Virus record (IMG/VR): IMGVR_UViG_3300038334_000110
Location: 1-34,072 of that record
Reading direction: 5' to 3' (one strand)
From: a virus
Taxonomy: Duplodnaviria > Caudoviricetes
DNA length: 34,072 nt
Positions 8,411-17,816 of this stretch are shown piece by piece. The notes under the pieces were generated by a model. It was not told the DNA's origin and searched no databases. It saw nothing but the letters and a program-made list of their open reading frames with translations. Position numbers and translations under genes: made by a program. How positions within the stretch are numbered: the stretch's first letter is position 1; every line of letters starts with the position of its first letter.

Positions 8411-10015
8411 ATGCTACGAAAACTGAAGAAGTATACACCGACTCCGTTTAAAGCGAAGGACTCGATATATGACAAACAGGCGGCGGACAACGCCGTTTCT
8501 TTTATTGAATGCCTTTCGCATACCAAAGGTACATGGTCGGGGAAACCTTTTCTGCTCATCGACTGGCAGGAGCAGATTATCCGTGACGTGTTTGGAACAT
8601 TGAAACCGAGCGGATACCGCCAGTTCAATACTGCGTACATCGAAATTCCCAAAAAGAATGGTAAGTCTGAGCTTGCGGCGGCCGTCGCTCTGCTTTTAAC
8701 CTGCGGCGATAATGAAGAGCGCGCCGAAGTGTACGGGTGCGCGGCGGATCGCCAGCAGGCGTCGATTGTGTTCGAGGTCGCTAAGGACATGGTGACTCTG
8801 TGTCCCGCGCTGGCGAAGCGCGTGAAGATCCTAGCTTCACAGAAGCGGCTCGTGTACCTACCGACAGGAAGCTACTATCAAGTGCTCAGCGCCGATGTCG
8901 CCAGTAAACACGGCTTCAATACGCATGGAGTCATCTTCGATGAGCTACACACCCAGCCGAACCGCCGACTCTTTGATGTTATGACCAAAGGCAGCGGTGA
9001 CGCGCGCATGCAACCGCTGTACTTTCTGATCACTACAGCCGGGGACAACACAAACTCCATCTGCTGGGAAGTACATTCGAAGGCGAAGGACTTACTTGAC
9101 GGCAGGAAGACAGACCCGACGTTTTATCCGGTCATCTACGGCACCGAGGAGAACGACTCCTGGACAGACCCGAAGGTATGGAAGAAAGCGAATCCGTCGC
9201 TCGGGATCACGGTGGGCATCGACAAGGTGAAAGCCGCGTGCGAAAGCGCACAACAGAACCCCGCCGAAGAGAATGCGTTTCGCCAGCTTCGATTGAACCA
9301 GTGGGTGAAGCAGGCGATCCGCTGGATGCCAATGGACATATGGGATAAATGCGCGTTTCCGGTTGATCCCATATCGCTAGAAGGGCGTGTCTGCTACGGC
9401 GGTCTCGATCTTTCGTCCAGCACAGACATCACGGCGTTCGTTCTTGTTTTCCCACCACTGGATGAAACAGACAAATACGTTATTCTTCCATTTTTCTGGA
9501 TTCCGGAGGAGAACATCGCCCTGCGTGTGCGACGCGATCATGTGAACTACGACCTTTGGGAGAAACAAGGATTTTTACTGACGACCGAAGGAAACGTTGT
9601 GCATTACGGATTCATCGAGACGTTCATCGAGCAACTCGGCATGAAGTACAACATCCGCGAGATCGCGTTTGACCGTTGGGGCGCGGTGCAGATGGTACAG
9701 AATCTTGAAGGCATGGGTTTCACGGTCGTTCCGTTTGGTCAGGGGTTCAAGGATATGTCGCCGCCGACGAAGGAGCTCATGAAGCTGACACTTGAACAGA
9801 GGATCGCGCACGGTGGGCAGCCGGTGCTTCGCTGGAATATAGACAACATCTACATCCGTACCGACCCCGCTGGGAACATCAAACCGGACAAAGAAAAAAG
9901 CACCGAGAAAATCGACGGTGCTGTTGCGACGATCATGGCGCTGGATAGGGCGCTTCGCAACGGAAACGAAACGAACAGCTCCGTATACAATACAAGAGGG
10001 TTATTGGTTCTCTAA
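8411..10015 (+). CDS. terL: Terminase large subunit
   Basis: Walker A IPKKNGKS, Walker B VIFDELH, nuclease GGLDLS and KIDGAVA motifs. Alternative start GTG 8408. Confidence 0.96.
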   Translation: MLRKLKKYTPTPFKAKDSIYDKQAADNAVSFIECLSHTKGTWSGKPFLLIDWQEQIIRDVFGTLKPSGYRQFNTAYIEIPKKNGKSELAAAVALLLTCGDNEERAEVYGCAADRQQASIVFEVAKDMVTLCPALAKRVKILASQKRLVYLPTGSYYQVLSADVASKHGFNTHGVIFDELHTQPNRRLFDVMTKGSGDARMQPLYFLITTAGDNTNSICWEVHSKAKDLLDGRKTDPTFYPVIYGTEENDSWTDPKVWKKANPSLGITVGIDKVKAACESAQQNPAEENAFRQLRLNQWVKQAIRWMPMDIWDKCAFPVDPISLEGRVCYGGLDLSSSTDITAFVLVFPPLDETDKYVILPFFWIPEENIALRVRRDHVNYDLWEKQGFLLTTEGNVVHYGFIETFIEQLGMKYNIREIAFDRWGAVQMVQNLEGMGFTVVPFGQGFKDMSPPTKELMKLTLEQRIAHGGQPVLRWNIDNIYIRTDPAGNIKPDKEKSTEKIDGAVATIMALDRALRNGNETNSSVYNTRGLLVL

Positions 10016-10103
10016 TTAGATATTCATGTTTCATGTGGATGTGTTCTTGGGAATGAAGTTCTCATTTTGATTTTCTGTGATGATCAGAGCTTAGGCAAAA
10101 ATG

Positions 10104-10112
10104 TGATATACT
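10104..10112 (+). promoter_or_regulatory. Extended -10 promoter of the flavodiiron gene
   Basis: TG-A-TATACT about 65 bp upstream of the start; -35 is poor. Confidence 0.5.
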
Positions 10113-10176
10113 AAGAAAGACAGATGCCGAGATGGAATGAATCAAAAGAACACTATACCGTCAGGAGAGTGAAACG

Positions 10177-11364
10177 ATGAAGAAGTTGATAAAGAGTAAT
10201 GTGTATTGGATCGGGAAGACGGATTGGGAGTTGGAATCTTTCCATGGGGCGGATTATACGATCAAACATGGTTCGAGCCAGAACGCCTACTTGATCACGG
10301 AAGAGAAGACTGTTCTGATCGATACTGTTTGGATGCCGCACGCGAATGAGTTCATTAAAAACGTGGAAAGTGAAATCGACCTTAATAAAATCGATTTTAT
10401 CGTCATCAATCACGGAGAGGTCGATCATAGCGGAGCATTACCGGCGCTGATGGAAAGAATTCCGAATTTGCCTATATACTGTACTGCGAGCGCGATTAAA
10501 TCACTGACGGGACAGTATCATCACCCGGAATGGAATTTCAACATTGTAAAAACCGGTGATTCCATTGATATCGGGAACGGCAAAGCACTGGTGTTTGTCG
10601 AAATGAAAATGCTGCACTGGCCGGACAGTATGGCAACCTATCTGACGGGTGACAACATCCTGTTTTCTAACGACGCTTTTGGTCAGCATTTCGCGGTAGA
10701 GGAATTGTTTAACGACGAATCTGACACTTGCCTATTGTGGGCGGAAGCGCTAAAATACTACGCTAATATCCTAACACCGTTTTCAGTATTGGTGAAGCGG
10801 AAAGTCGAAGAGGTCTTAGCGTTGAATCTCGCAATTGATATCATTGCACCCAGCCATGGCGCGATCTGGCGGGAGAACCCACTAAGTATCGTGGAGAAAT
10901 ACTACGAATGGTCAAAGGATTACCAAGAGGATCAGATTACCATTGTATACGACACCATGTGGGAAAGCACAATGCAACTAGCGCACAAAATTGGTCAGGA
11001 GATTTCGCGCGTATCACCCGCAACTAAAGTGAAGATCTTCAATGTGTCAAAAACCAACAAGAATGATATTATGACAGAAGTCTTTAAGTCAAAAGCAATC
11101 GCTGTTGGCAGTCCGACAGTCGGACAAAACATTCTGTCCTCGGTAGGCGGATGGCTGGATTTTCTGAAAGAGCTGAAATTCAAGAATAAAAAAGCGGCTG
11201 TCTTCGGATGTTATGGGTGGAGCGGAGAATCCACAAAGGTACTGCGAGAAAGACTGACAGACGCTGGGTTTGAAGTGGTTATGCCAGAAATCAAATGCAA
11301 CTGGGTGCCTGCGGAAGACGATTTTAGCAAAGCTGCAGAAGTTGCAAATGCTCTATGTGATTGA
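10177..11364 (+). CDS. fprA: Class A flavodiiron protein (FprA-type O2/NO reductase; metallo-beta-lactamase plus flavodoxin domains) (cargo)
   Basis: HGEVDH, LHWPDS, FSNDAFGQH and APSHG di-iron ligands. Flavodoxin motifs YDTMWEST, VGSPT and FGCYGWSGE. Confidence 0.92.
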   Translation: MKKLIKSNVYWIGKTDWELESFHGADYTIKHGSSQNAYLITEEKTVLIDTVWMPHANEFIKNVESEIDLNKIDFIVINHGEVDHSGALPALMERIPNLPIYCTASAIKSLTGQYHHPEWNFNIVKTGDSIDIGNGKALVFVEMKMLHWPDSMATYLTGDNILFSNDAFGQHFAVEELFNDESDTCLLWAEALKYYANILTPFSVLVKRKVEEVLALNLAIDIIAPSHGAIWRENPLSIVEKYYEWSKDYQEDQITIVYDTMWESTMQLAHKIGQEISRVSPATKVKIFNVSKTNKNDIMTEVFKSKAIAVGSPTVGQNILSSVGGWLDFLKELKFKNKKAAVFGCYGWSGESTKVLRERLTDAGFEVVMPEIKCNWVPAEDDFSKAAEVANALCD

Positions 11365-11400
11365 TTCAGAGGAAGTGATAAGAAACCTACCCAACACTAT

Positions 11401-11433
11401 AAAAGACATCTACACTTCGTAGATGTCTTTTTT
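11401..11433 (+). terminator. Strong intrinsic terminator after fprA
   Basis: Perfect AAAAGACATCTAC-ACTTC-GTAGATGTCTTTT inverted repeat with a T-run. Confidence 0.85.
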
Positions 11434-11467
11434 GTTTGGGATATGAACAAGGTGTTATTCAGAATGT

Positions 11468-11509
11468 AAAAAAGAAGAAAAGGCACATCCTTATATGGAT
11501 GCGCCTTTT
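11468..11509 (-). terminator. Intrinsic terminator of the zinc-ribbon gene
   Basis: Minus strand reads AAAAGGCGCATCC-ATATAA-GGATGTGCCTTTTCTTCTTTTTT. Confidence 0.8.
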
Positions 11510-11512
11510 GAT

Positions 11513-11815
11513 TTACCGGTTACTTCTGAAGCAATCGCTGCACATGACCGGACGGTCGGTGCGGGGCTGGAACGGAACCTGGCAGGCTTTGCCGCATTCC
11601 GAGCAAACTGCGTCATACATCTGACGCGGCGCGTTATCGCGGTATCCGCCATCGCGGGAACCGCCTCGGGAGTTGCCCTTACGAGCTACGCGGCAGGCTT
11701 TGCAGCGCTGCGGTTCATTCGTAAAGCCTTTTTCGGCGAAAAATTCTTGCTCGTTGGCAGTAAAGGTGAATTCTTGTCCGCAATCTTTGCAGGCGATGGT
11801 CTTGTCGTTGTACAT
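11513..11815 (-). CDS. Zinc-ribbon / CxxC-x17-CxxC domain protein (cargo)
   Basis: CKDCG.EFTFTA.EQEFFAEKGF.NEP.RCKAC, an R/G-rich linker, then CSECG...VPF.P...RPV.CSDC. GAGGT RBS before ATG 11815. Confidence 0.92.
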   Translation of the reverse strand: MYNDKTIACKDCGQEFTFTANEQEFFAEKGFTNEPQRCKACRVARKGNSRGGSRDGGYRDNAPRQMYDAVCSECGKACQVPFQPRTDRPVMCSDCFRSNR

Positions 11816-11868
11816 CAAATACCTCAATTAAAATATTGTATGGTGCGTAAATACACCACACAAGTGCC

Positions 11869-11897
11869 ACTGTACTGCATTTTTCTACGGATGTCAA
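11869..11897 (-). promoter_or_regulatory. Sigma-A type promoter of the zinc-ribbon gene
   Basis: TTGACA-17 bp-TACAGT on the minus strand. Confidence 0.75.
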
Positions 11898-11921
11898 TTA
11901 AATGTTCCATGGAGGAAACGT

Positions 11922-13181
11922 ATGAATCCACTTCGAGCAATCTTCCACTCGCGTGACAAGCCGAAAGACTCTCTCAATGGTAGCCGCTACAGTTTCTTCT
12001 TCGGCGGTACGTCCAGCGGCAAGCCGGTGAATGAAACGACCGCCATGCAGATGACGGCGGTGTATTCTTGCGTGAGAATCTTGTCGGAGACCGTAGCAGG
12101 CTTGCCGCTGAACGTCTACCGGTACAATGACAGAGGTGGGAAAGAGAAAGCGTTTAAACATTCCCTTTACCGACTGCTGCACGATGAACCAAACCCCGAG
12201 ATGACGAGCTTCGCGTTTCGGGAAACGCTCATGAGCCACCTGCTCTTGTGGGGCAACGCCTACGCGCAGATCATTCGAAACGCCAGAGGCGAGGTGATCG
12301 CACTCTACCCGCTCATGCCGAACAAAATGACAGTCGACCGTGATCAAACCGGTCGGCTTTTTTATTCGTACCAAAGGAGTGTAGAAGATCCCGCAACATT
12401 GGGCAAATCAATCTGGGTGACACTTTCTCCTTCGGACGTACTGCACATTCCCGGACTCGGGTTCGACGGCCTGATCGGTTACAGCCCGATCGCCATGGCG
12501 AAGAACGCCATCGGACTAGCAATTGCAACAGAGGAGTATGGCGCAAAGTTCTTCGCCAACGGCGCGGCACCGTCCGGCGTACTGGAACACCCCGGCACGA
12601 TCAAAGATCCGCAGCGGGTCAAGGAAAGCTGGAACTCGGCATATCAGGGCAGCGCGAACGCACACAAAATCGCGGTGCTCGAAGAGGGTATGAAGTATAC
12701 GCCCATCGGGATTGCGCCGGAACAGGCGCAGTTTCTGGAAACGCGCAAGTTCCAGATCAATGAGATCGCGCGCATCTTCCGCGTGCCACCGCATATGCTG
12801 GCGGACTTGGAGAAATCGTCGTTCAGTAACATCGAGCAGCAGTCGCTAGAGTTCGTCAAATACACGCTCGATCCCTGGGTTGTGCGCTGGGAACAGAGCA
12901 TGTGTCGGGTACTGTTCAGCGAAAGCGAGAAGCCGACGTACTTCATTAAGTTCAATGTGGACGGGCTGTTACGTGGCGACTACGCCTCGCGAATGACTGG
13001 GTATGCCACCGCACGACAGAACGGCTGGATGAGCGCGAACGACATCCGCGAACTCGAGAACCTCGATCGCATTTCACCTGATTTGGGCGGCGATCTGTAC
13101 CTGATTAACGGGGCCATGACGAAGCTGGAGGACGCGGGACTATTCGCGGGGACACAATACAAGAAGGAGGATTCCGCTTGA
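11922..13181 (+). CDS. Phage portal protein (HK97 family)
   Basis: AVYSCVRILSETVAGLP, EPNPEMT, LLWGNAY, QFLETRKFQINEIARIFRVPP. Confidence 0.96.
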   Translation: MNPLRAIFHSRDKPKDSLNGSRYSFFFGGTSSGKPVNETTAMQMTAVYSCVRILSETVAGLPLNVYRYNDRGGKEKAFKHSLYRLLHDEPNPEMTSFAFRETLMSHLLLWGNAYAQIIRNARGEVIALYPLMPNKMTVDRDQTGRLFYSYQRSVEDPATLGKSIWVTLSPSDVLHIPGLGFDGLIGYSPIAMAKNAIGLAIATEEYGAKFFANGAAPSGVLEHPGTIKDPQRVKESWNSAYQGSANAHKIAVLEEGMKYTPIGIAPEQAQFLETRKFQINEIARIFRVPPHMLADLEKSSFSNIEQQSLEFVKYTLDPWVVRWEQSMCRVLFSESEKPTYFIKFNVDGLLRGDYASRMTGYATARQNGWMSANDIRELENLDRISPDLGGDLYLINGAMTKLEDAGLFAGTQYKKEDSA

Positions 13182-13915
13182 ATAGAAGATTCTGGAACTG
13201 GGTGCGAAACGAGGACGGCACCCGAACATTGACATTGAACGGCACGATTGCCGAAGAGAGCTGGTTTGAAGACGACGTCACCCCAAGGATGTTCAGGGAC
13301 GAACTGAACGCCGGAACGGGTGACGTTGTTATTTGGATCAATAGTCCGGGCGGCGACTGCGTGGCGGCGAGCCAGATTTACACCATGCTCATGGATTATA
13401 AAGGGCATATCACGGTCAAGATCGACGGCATTGCGGCGAGCGCTGCGTCGGTCATCGCTATGGCGGGTACAGAGGTGCTCATGGCCCCGACCAGTTTGCT
13501 CATGATCCACAATCCGTTGACGGTAGCCATCGGCGACAGCGAGGAAATGCTGAAAGCCATCGCCATGCTGGATGAGGTGAAGGAGAGCATCATCAACGCA
13601 TACGAGCTGAAAACGGGTATGTCCCGCGCGAAGCTTGCACACCTCATGGACGCGGAAACGTGGATGAATGCGAATAAAGCGATCGAGCTTGGTTTTGCGG
13701 ACGGTGTGCTGGAGGACGAGAAGAAACAAGCGAAGCACGATGATGTTGTGTTCAGCTTCTCCCGTCGTACGGCGACCAATTCGCTGCTGAACAAGTTGCA
13801 GAGAAAACAGACTAGCAAACCAACCGATGCGAAGGAGACACTCGTTGCCCAAGCAACCGAATCGAGATACCCCGTGGAGCCGCTTTATCAGCGGCTCTCT
13901 TTGATTTCACACTAA
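13178..13915 (+). CDS. ClpP-type prohead maturation protease
   Basis: INSPGGD, GIAASAAS (Ser), MIHNP (His), ETWM.A..A...GFAD. TTG start overlaps the portal stop. Confidence 0.94.
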   Translation: MNRRFWNWVRNEDGTRTLTLNGTIAEESWFEDDVTPRMFRDELNAGTGDVVIWINSPGGDCVAASQIYTMLMDYKGHITVKIDGIAASAASVIAMAGTEVLMAPTSLLMIHNPLTVAIGDSEEMLKAIAMLDEVKESIINAYELKTGMSRAKLAHLMDAETWMNANKAIELGFADGVLEDEKKQAKHDDVVFSFSRRTATNSLLNKLQRKQTSKPTDAKETLVAQATESRYPVEPLYQRLSLISH

Positions 13916-13926
13916 GGAGGAAATGA

Positions 13927-15126
13927 ATGAATACGATTCTACAGCTGCGCGAGAACCGCGCGAAGAAATGGGATGCCGCAAAGGCGTTTCTGGACGTCAA
14001 GCGCGGAACGGATGGACTGCTCTCCGCCGAGGACGCAAGCGCATATGAAAAGATGGAGGCCGAGGTCGTCGCGCTCGGTAGAGAGGTTGAACGTCTTGAA
14101 CGCCAGGCGGCGTTGGACGCGGAGCTCAACAAGCCCACCGCCGACCCGCTGACCAGCAAACCTGCGCAAACCAATACGGAGCAAAAGACTGGCCGCGCAA
14201 CCGCCGAGTATAAGAAGGCGTTCTGGAACGCGATCCGCTCGAAGAATCCGCGACCGGAGATTCTCAACTCCCTGGTCGAAGGCACCGACAGCGAGGGCGG
14301 CTATCTTGTACCGGATGAGTTCGAAAAGACGCTGGTGCAGAAGCTGACGGAAGCGAATGTGCTGCGTCCGCTTTGCCACGTGATTCAGACCAGCTACGGA
14401 GATCGGAAGATTCCGGTGGTTGCGTCAAAAGGCTCCGCCGACTGGGTCGATGAAGAGGGCACCTATCCCCTCTCGGACGATTCCTTCTCGCAGGTCGTCC
14501 TTGGCGCGTATAAGCTCGCGACCATGATCAAGGTGTCGGAGGAATTGCTATCGGACAGCATCTTCGACATCGAAGGATATGTGTCGGAGCAGTTCGGCAA
14601 GCGCATCGGCGACAAGGAAGAGGACGCGTTCCTCAACGGTAATGGCGTAAGTAAGCCCATCGGTATCCTCAATGCCACCGGAGGCGCGGAAGTTGGCGTG
14701 ACCACGGCGGGCGTTTCCGCGATCACGGGCGACGAGCTGATCGACCTCGTGTACTCGCTCCGCGCACCGTACCGCAAGGGTGCGGTTTTCGTGCTCAACG
14801 ACACGACCGTGAAGCTGCTGCGCAAGCTGAAGGACGGCGACGGTCAGTATCTCTGGCGACCGGGCATCACGGAAAACGCGCCGGATACGATTCTCGGCCA
14901 CCGCATCGTGACGAGTGAGTTCATGCCCTCCGTCGCGGCGGGGAATAAGTCCATCGCATTTGGTGATTTCTCCTATTACTGGATCGCCGACCGTCAGGGC
15001 CGCACGTTTAAGCGCCTAAACGAGCTGTACGCGACCACCGGCCAGGTAGGCTTCCTCGCGTCCCAGCGTCTCGACGGCAAGCTCATCCTGCCGGAAGCGA
15101 TCAAGGTCCTGCAGCAGAAGGCGTAA
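13927..15126 (+). CDS. Major capsid protein (HK97 fold, N-terminal delta/scaffold domain)
   Basis: Coiled-coil N-terminus, GGYLVPDEF, VSEELL.DS, KLKD.DGQYLW, FGDFS.Y. Confidence 0.96.
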   Translation: MNTILQLRENRAKKWDAAKAFLDVKRGTDGLLSAEDASAYEKMEAEVVALGREVERLERQAALDAELNKPTADPLTSKPAQTNTEQKTGRATAEYKKAFWNAIRSKNPRPEILNSLVEGTDSEGGYLVPDEFEKTLVQKLTEANVLRPLCHVIQTSYGDRKIPVVASKGSADWVDEEGTYPLSDDSFSQVVLGAYKLATMIKVSEELLSDSIFDIEGYVSEQFGKRIGDKEEDAFLNGNGVSKPIGILNATGGAEVGVTTAGVSAITGDELIDLVYSLRAPYRKGAVFVLNDTTVKLLRKLKDGDGQYLWRPGITENAPDTILGHRIVTSEFMPSVAAGNKSIAFGDFSYYWIADRQGRTFKRLNELYATTGQVGFLASQRLDGKLILPEAIKVLQQKA

Positions 15127-15138
15127 TGGAGGGTATAC

Positions 15139-15417
15139 ATGGAAATCGTGGATACTCCTGTGGGCGACGTGACCCGCAACTGTAAGAACTACGCGACGGA
15201 TGGCGGCGATCGACTGGTGATCGGTGGCACGCTGGAGATTCAGGAGGGAGCTTCGGTGACGGGGCTTCCCTCCGCTGCGGCGGACAGTTCCGGTGTCGTC
15301 CGTATCGCCGCCAACCAGGCTGCGAGCGTCGCGGCAGACATTGCCGCGCTGACTGTAGATTTCAATACGCTGCTTGCTGCGCTGAAGGCGGCCGGGATCA
15401 TGGCGGCGGACGCATAA
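15139..15417 (+). CDS. Small head decoration / 'head fiber'-like protein
   Basis: KNY..DGGD..VIGGTLEI motif and C-terminal DFN.LLA.LKAAG. Follows the capsid gene. Confidence 0.7.
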   Translation: MEIVDTPVGDVTRNCKNYATDGGDRLVIGGTLEIQEGASVTGLPSAAADSSGVVRIAANQAASVAADIAALTVDFNTLLAALKAAGIMAADA

Positions 15418-15421
15418 CGAT

Positions 15422-15739
15422 ATGAGTACGTTGCTGGAGAAGGTCAAAGCGAACCTGATCCTCGAGCATGACGCAGATGACGAACTGCTACATCGCTTGA
15501 TCGACGCTGCTGTTTCTTACGCGGAAAGCTATCAGCACCTGACCGCCGGGACTTACGAAGCGGCGGGTATGCCGCCAACGACCGAAGCTGCAGTCATCAT
15601 GCTGGCCTCCCATTTTTATGAAAGCCGGGACGGCAGCACGGGCGGATTCTTCGCGGACAACGTACAGGCTGGTCAGCAGGTGTGGAACACGGTGAATACA
15701 CTGCTCCGACTCGATCGGGATTGGAAGGTGGGTTCGTGA
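15422..15739 (+). CDS. Head-tail connector (HK97 gp6-like)
   Basis: LEKVKANLILEHD.DDELL and AVIMLASHFYESR motifs. Confidence 0.88.
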   Translation: MSTLLEKVKANLILEHDADDELLHRLIDAAVSYAESYQHLTAGTYEAAGMPPTTEAAVIMLASHFYESRDGSTGGFFADNVQAGQQVWNTVNTLLRLDRDWKVGS

Positions 15740-16071
15740 GCTTTGGCAAAATGAACGTGCGCATCTCGATTGTTGAAGAAACAGTCGGTAAGGACGCGGA
15801 AGGATTTGCGACAAAAACGGATACGATCGTCGCGTCCGTACAGGCATACCGGGAAGGGCGGCATGGCTCCCAGAAATGGGTCAACCGCGCCGCATTCTCG
15901 GAGGCAACCGATCTCTTCCGCTTTCGGACGATTCCCGGGCTGACCTTGACCACGGAGCAGGTAGTTCTGTGCGATGGTGAACGGTTCGAAATCACGTCCG
16001 TTGAGGATGTAAAGGGAAAAAAGATGTACCTCGAGGTGTTGGCAAAGAGATTGGAGGCGTCGCATGGCTAA
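15736..16071 (+). CDS. Head closure / head-tail adaptor protein
   Basis: GTGA overlap start (VSFGKMN), KDAEGF, FRFR.IPG, I.SVEDVKG. Confidence 0.85.
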   Translation: MSFGKMNVRISIVEETVGKDAEGFATKTDTIVASVQAYREGRHGSQKWVNRAAFSEATDLFRFRTIPGLTLTTEQVVLCDGERFEITSVEDVKGKKMYLEVLAKRLEASHG

Positions 16072-16489
16072 GGTGTCGATACAGCTTCCAACGGCATTCA
16101 TGGACCAGTTGACGAAGATTTCTGCGAAAACAGATGTTGCTATTCCGAAGGCGCTGGAGGCTGGCGGCAAGGTTGTATTCGAGAAAATGAAGAGTAACCT
16201 GAGCAGCGTAATCGGCAGGAATACGAAGTATCAATCCCGTTCGACCGGCAGACTGCTCACGGCGCTTGGCGTATCGCCGGTCAAGGTGAACGACGAGGGT
16301 AACTTTGATGTCAAGGTAGGATTTTCCGAGAGCCGGAGCGTGAGCAACGCCATGCTGGCAAACATTCTGGAATATGGAAAGCATGGTCAACCGCCGAAGC
16401 CGATTCTAAAGCCGACACGGGCTTCCAGCAGAAAACCCTGTATCGAGGCTATGAAGAACGTGCTGAAGGGAGAGCTGGGAGTGAAGTGA
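16064..16489 (+). CDS. HK97 gp10-like tail completion protein
   Basis: STGRL, LEYG...QPPKP.LKP motifs, plus synteny. Confidence 0.85.
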   Translation: MAKVSIQLPTAFMDQLTKISAKTDVAIPKALEAGGKVVFEKMKSNLSSVIGRNTKYQSRSTGRLLTALGVSPVKVNDEGNFDVKVGFSESRSVSNAMLANILEYGKHGQPPKPILKPTRASSRKPCIEAMKNVLKGELGVK

Positions 16490-16824
16490 GCATGCTGGAA
16501 GAATTAAACACGATCGTGGAAAGCGTAGGGCTTCCGGTCGAGACGGGCGTCTTCTCCAGAACAGCGCCGGAAGAGTATGTCGTGATCACCCCGATCTCGG
16601 AGCATTTCACGTTGTACTGTGACGACTATCCCGGACTGAATGTCGAGGAAGCGCGGTTGTCGCTCTTTTCGAAGAGAAACTATACCAAAAAGAAAGACCA
16701 GCTTGTCCGAGCATTGCTCTCGGCGGGATTTATCGTGACTGATCGGCGATTCATAGGCCGTGAAGACGATACGGGATATTTTCACGTTGCGATTGACGTC
16801 GCAAAAGAAACGGAGGAAAACTGA
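16486..16824 (+). CDS. Putative tail terminator protein
   Basis: Lies between the gp10-like gene and major tail gene. E.DTGYFH..ID C-terminal motif. Confidence 0.7.
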   Translation: MSMLEELNTIVESVGLPVETGVFSRTAPEEYVVITPISEHFTLYCDDYPGLNVEEARLSLFSKRNYTKKKDQLVRALLSAGFIVTDRRFIGREDDTGYFHVAIDVAKETEEN

Positions 16825-17418
16825 ATGGCTACAGTGGGGTTGGACCGGCTGTATTATTCCAAGATAACGGAGGACTCAGCCGGGGATGAAACGTACGGCA
16901 CGCCGCAGATGCTGGCAAAGGCGATGTCTGCGGATCTGGAGATCGAGTTGAATGAAGCGACGCTGTTCGCCGACGATGCAGCCGCAGAGGTCGTAAAGGA
17001 GTTCAAGAGCGGTAAACTCTCGCTCGGAATCAACGACATCGGGGCTGCGGTCGCCGGCGATCTGGTTGGAGCGGTGATCGATGATAACGGCGTGGTGATC
17101 TCGCAGGGCGAAGGGATGCCATCGCCGGTGGCTGTTGGATTTCGAGCAAAGAAGAGCAACGGCAAGTACCGGTACTTCTGGCTCTATCGCGTGATTTTCG
17201 GCATTCCGGCAACGAATCTTGCCACGAAAGGCGACAGCATAAGCTTCAACACGCCGACGGTCGAAGGAACGATCTTCCGACGCAATAAGATCGATGGACA
17301 GGGTAAGCATCCGTGGAAAGCCGAAGTCAATGAAGATGACGCGAGCGTATTACCGGCAACGATCACCGGGTGGTATACGGCCGTATATGAACCCACGTTT
17401 GCCGCGACGGTGGAGTAA
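16825..17418 (+). CDS. Major tail tube protein (phi13-like family)
   Basis: MATVGLDRLYY, LFADD, VAVGFRAKKSNGKYRYFWLYRV.F, TKGDSI.F.TPT.EG. Confidence 0.92.
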   Translation: MATVGLDRLYYSKITEDSAGDETYGTPQMLAKAMSADLEIELNEATLFADDAAAEVVKEFKSGKLSLGINDIGAAVAGDLVGAVIDDNGVVISQGEGMPSPVAVGFRAKKSNGKYRYFWLYRVIFGIPATNLATKGDSISFNTPTVEGTIFRRNKIDGQGKHPWKAEVNEDDASVLPATITGWYTAVYEPTFAATVE

Positions 17419-17429
17419 AGGAGAGGCAA

Positions 17430-17816
17430 ATGGAAAGTGAACGCGCAACACCTATCTCGATTAGCGGCAAGACATATGAACTGGTACTGACCACTGGGGC
17501 TACGAAACAGATTGCAAAGCGCTACGGTGGACTGGCGAGCCTCGGTGATAAGCTCATGAAAGCGGAGAATTTCGAGAACGCTTTGGACGAACTGATCTGG
17601 CTGATTGCGCTGCTGGCGAACCAGAGCATCCTGATTCATAACTTCCAGCATCCGGAGGATAAGCGAGAGCTGCTGACGGAAGAAGCGATTGAGCTTCTTA
17701 CCACGCCGACGGATTTGTCGGATTACAAGGACGCGATTATGGATTCCATGCTGCGCGGGACCAAGCGATTTGTCGAGAGTGAACCGCAACCGGAAAAAAA
17801 CGCGCCTGCCGGGTGA
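17430..17816 (+). CDS. Tail assembly chaperone (gpG-like)
   Basis: Follows the tail tube gene and ends in the slippery sequence GAA AAA AAC. Confidence 0.8.
   Translation: MESERATPISISGKTYELVLTTGATKQIAKRYGGLASLGDKLMKAENFENALDELIWLIALLANQSILIHNFQHPEDKRELLTEEAIELLTTPTDLSDYKDAIMDSMLRGTKRFVESEPQPEKNAPAG
17795..17801 (+). other. -1 programmed ribosomal frameshift heptamer A AAA AAC
   Basis: In-frame X XXY YYZ heptamer. The -1 frame is open through to the ORF ending at 18004. Confidence 0.8.

Noticed and set aside
10082-10091. GATCAGAGCT shared with 31161-31170
   Set aside because: A single 10-mer match is expected by chance in 34 kb, and the flanking spacing does not fit the 2948/31147 motif.
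11495-11956. 153-aa plus-strand ORF
   Set aside because: Shadow of the minus-strand zinc-ribbon gene, which has clear motifs, RBS, promoter and terminator.
12980-13852. Long minus-strand ORFs (e.g. 290 aa here; also 2524-3219, 21823-22497, 22892-23626)
   Set aside because: They lie antisense to well-supported phage genes and have no recognisable motifs, as expected for GC-rich coding DNA.
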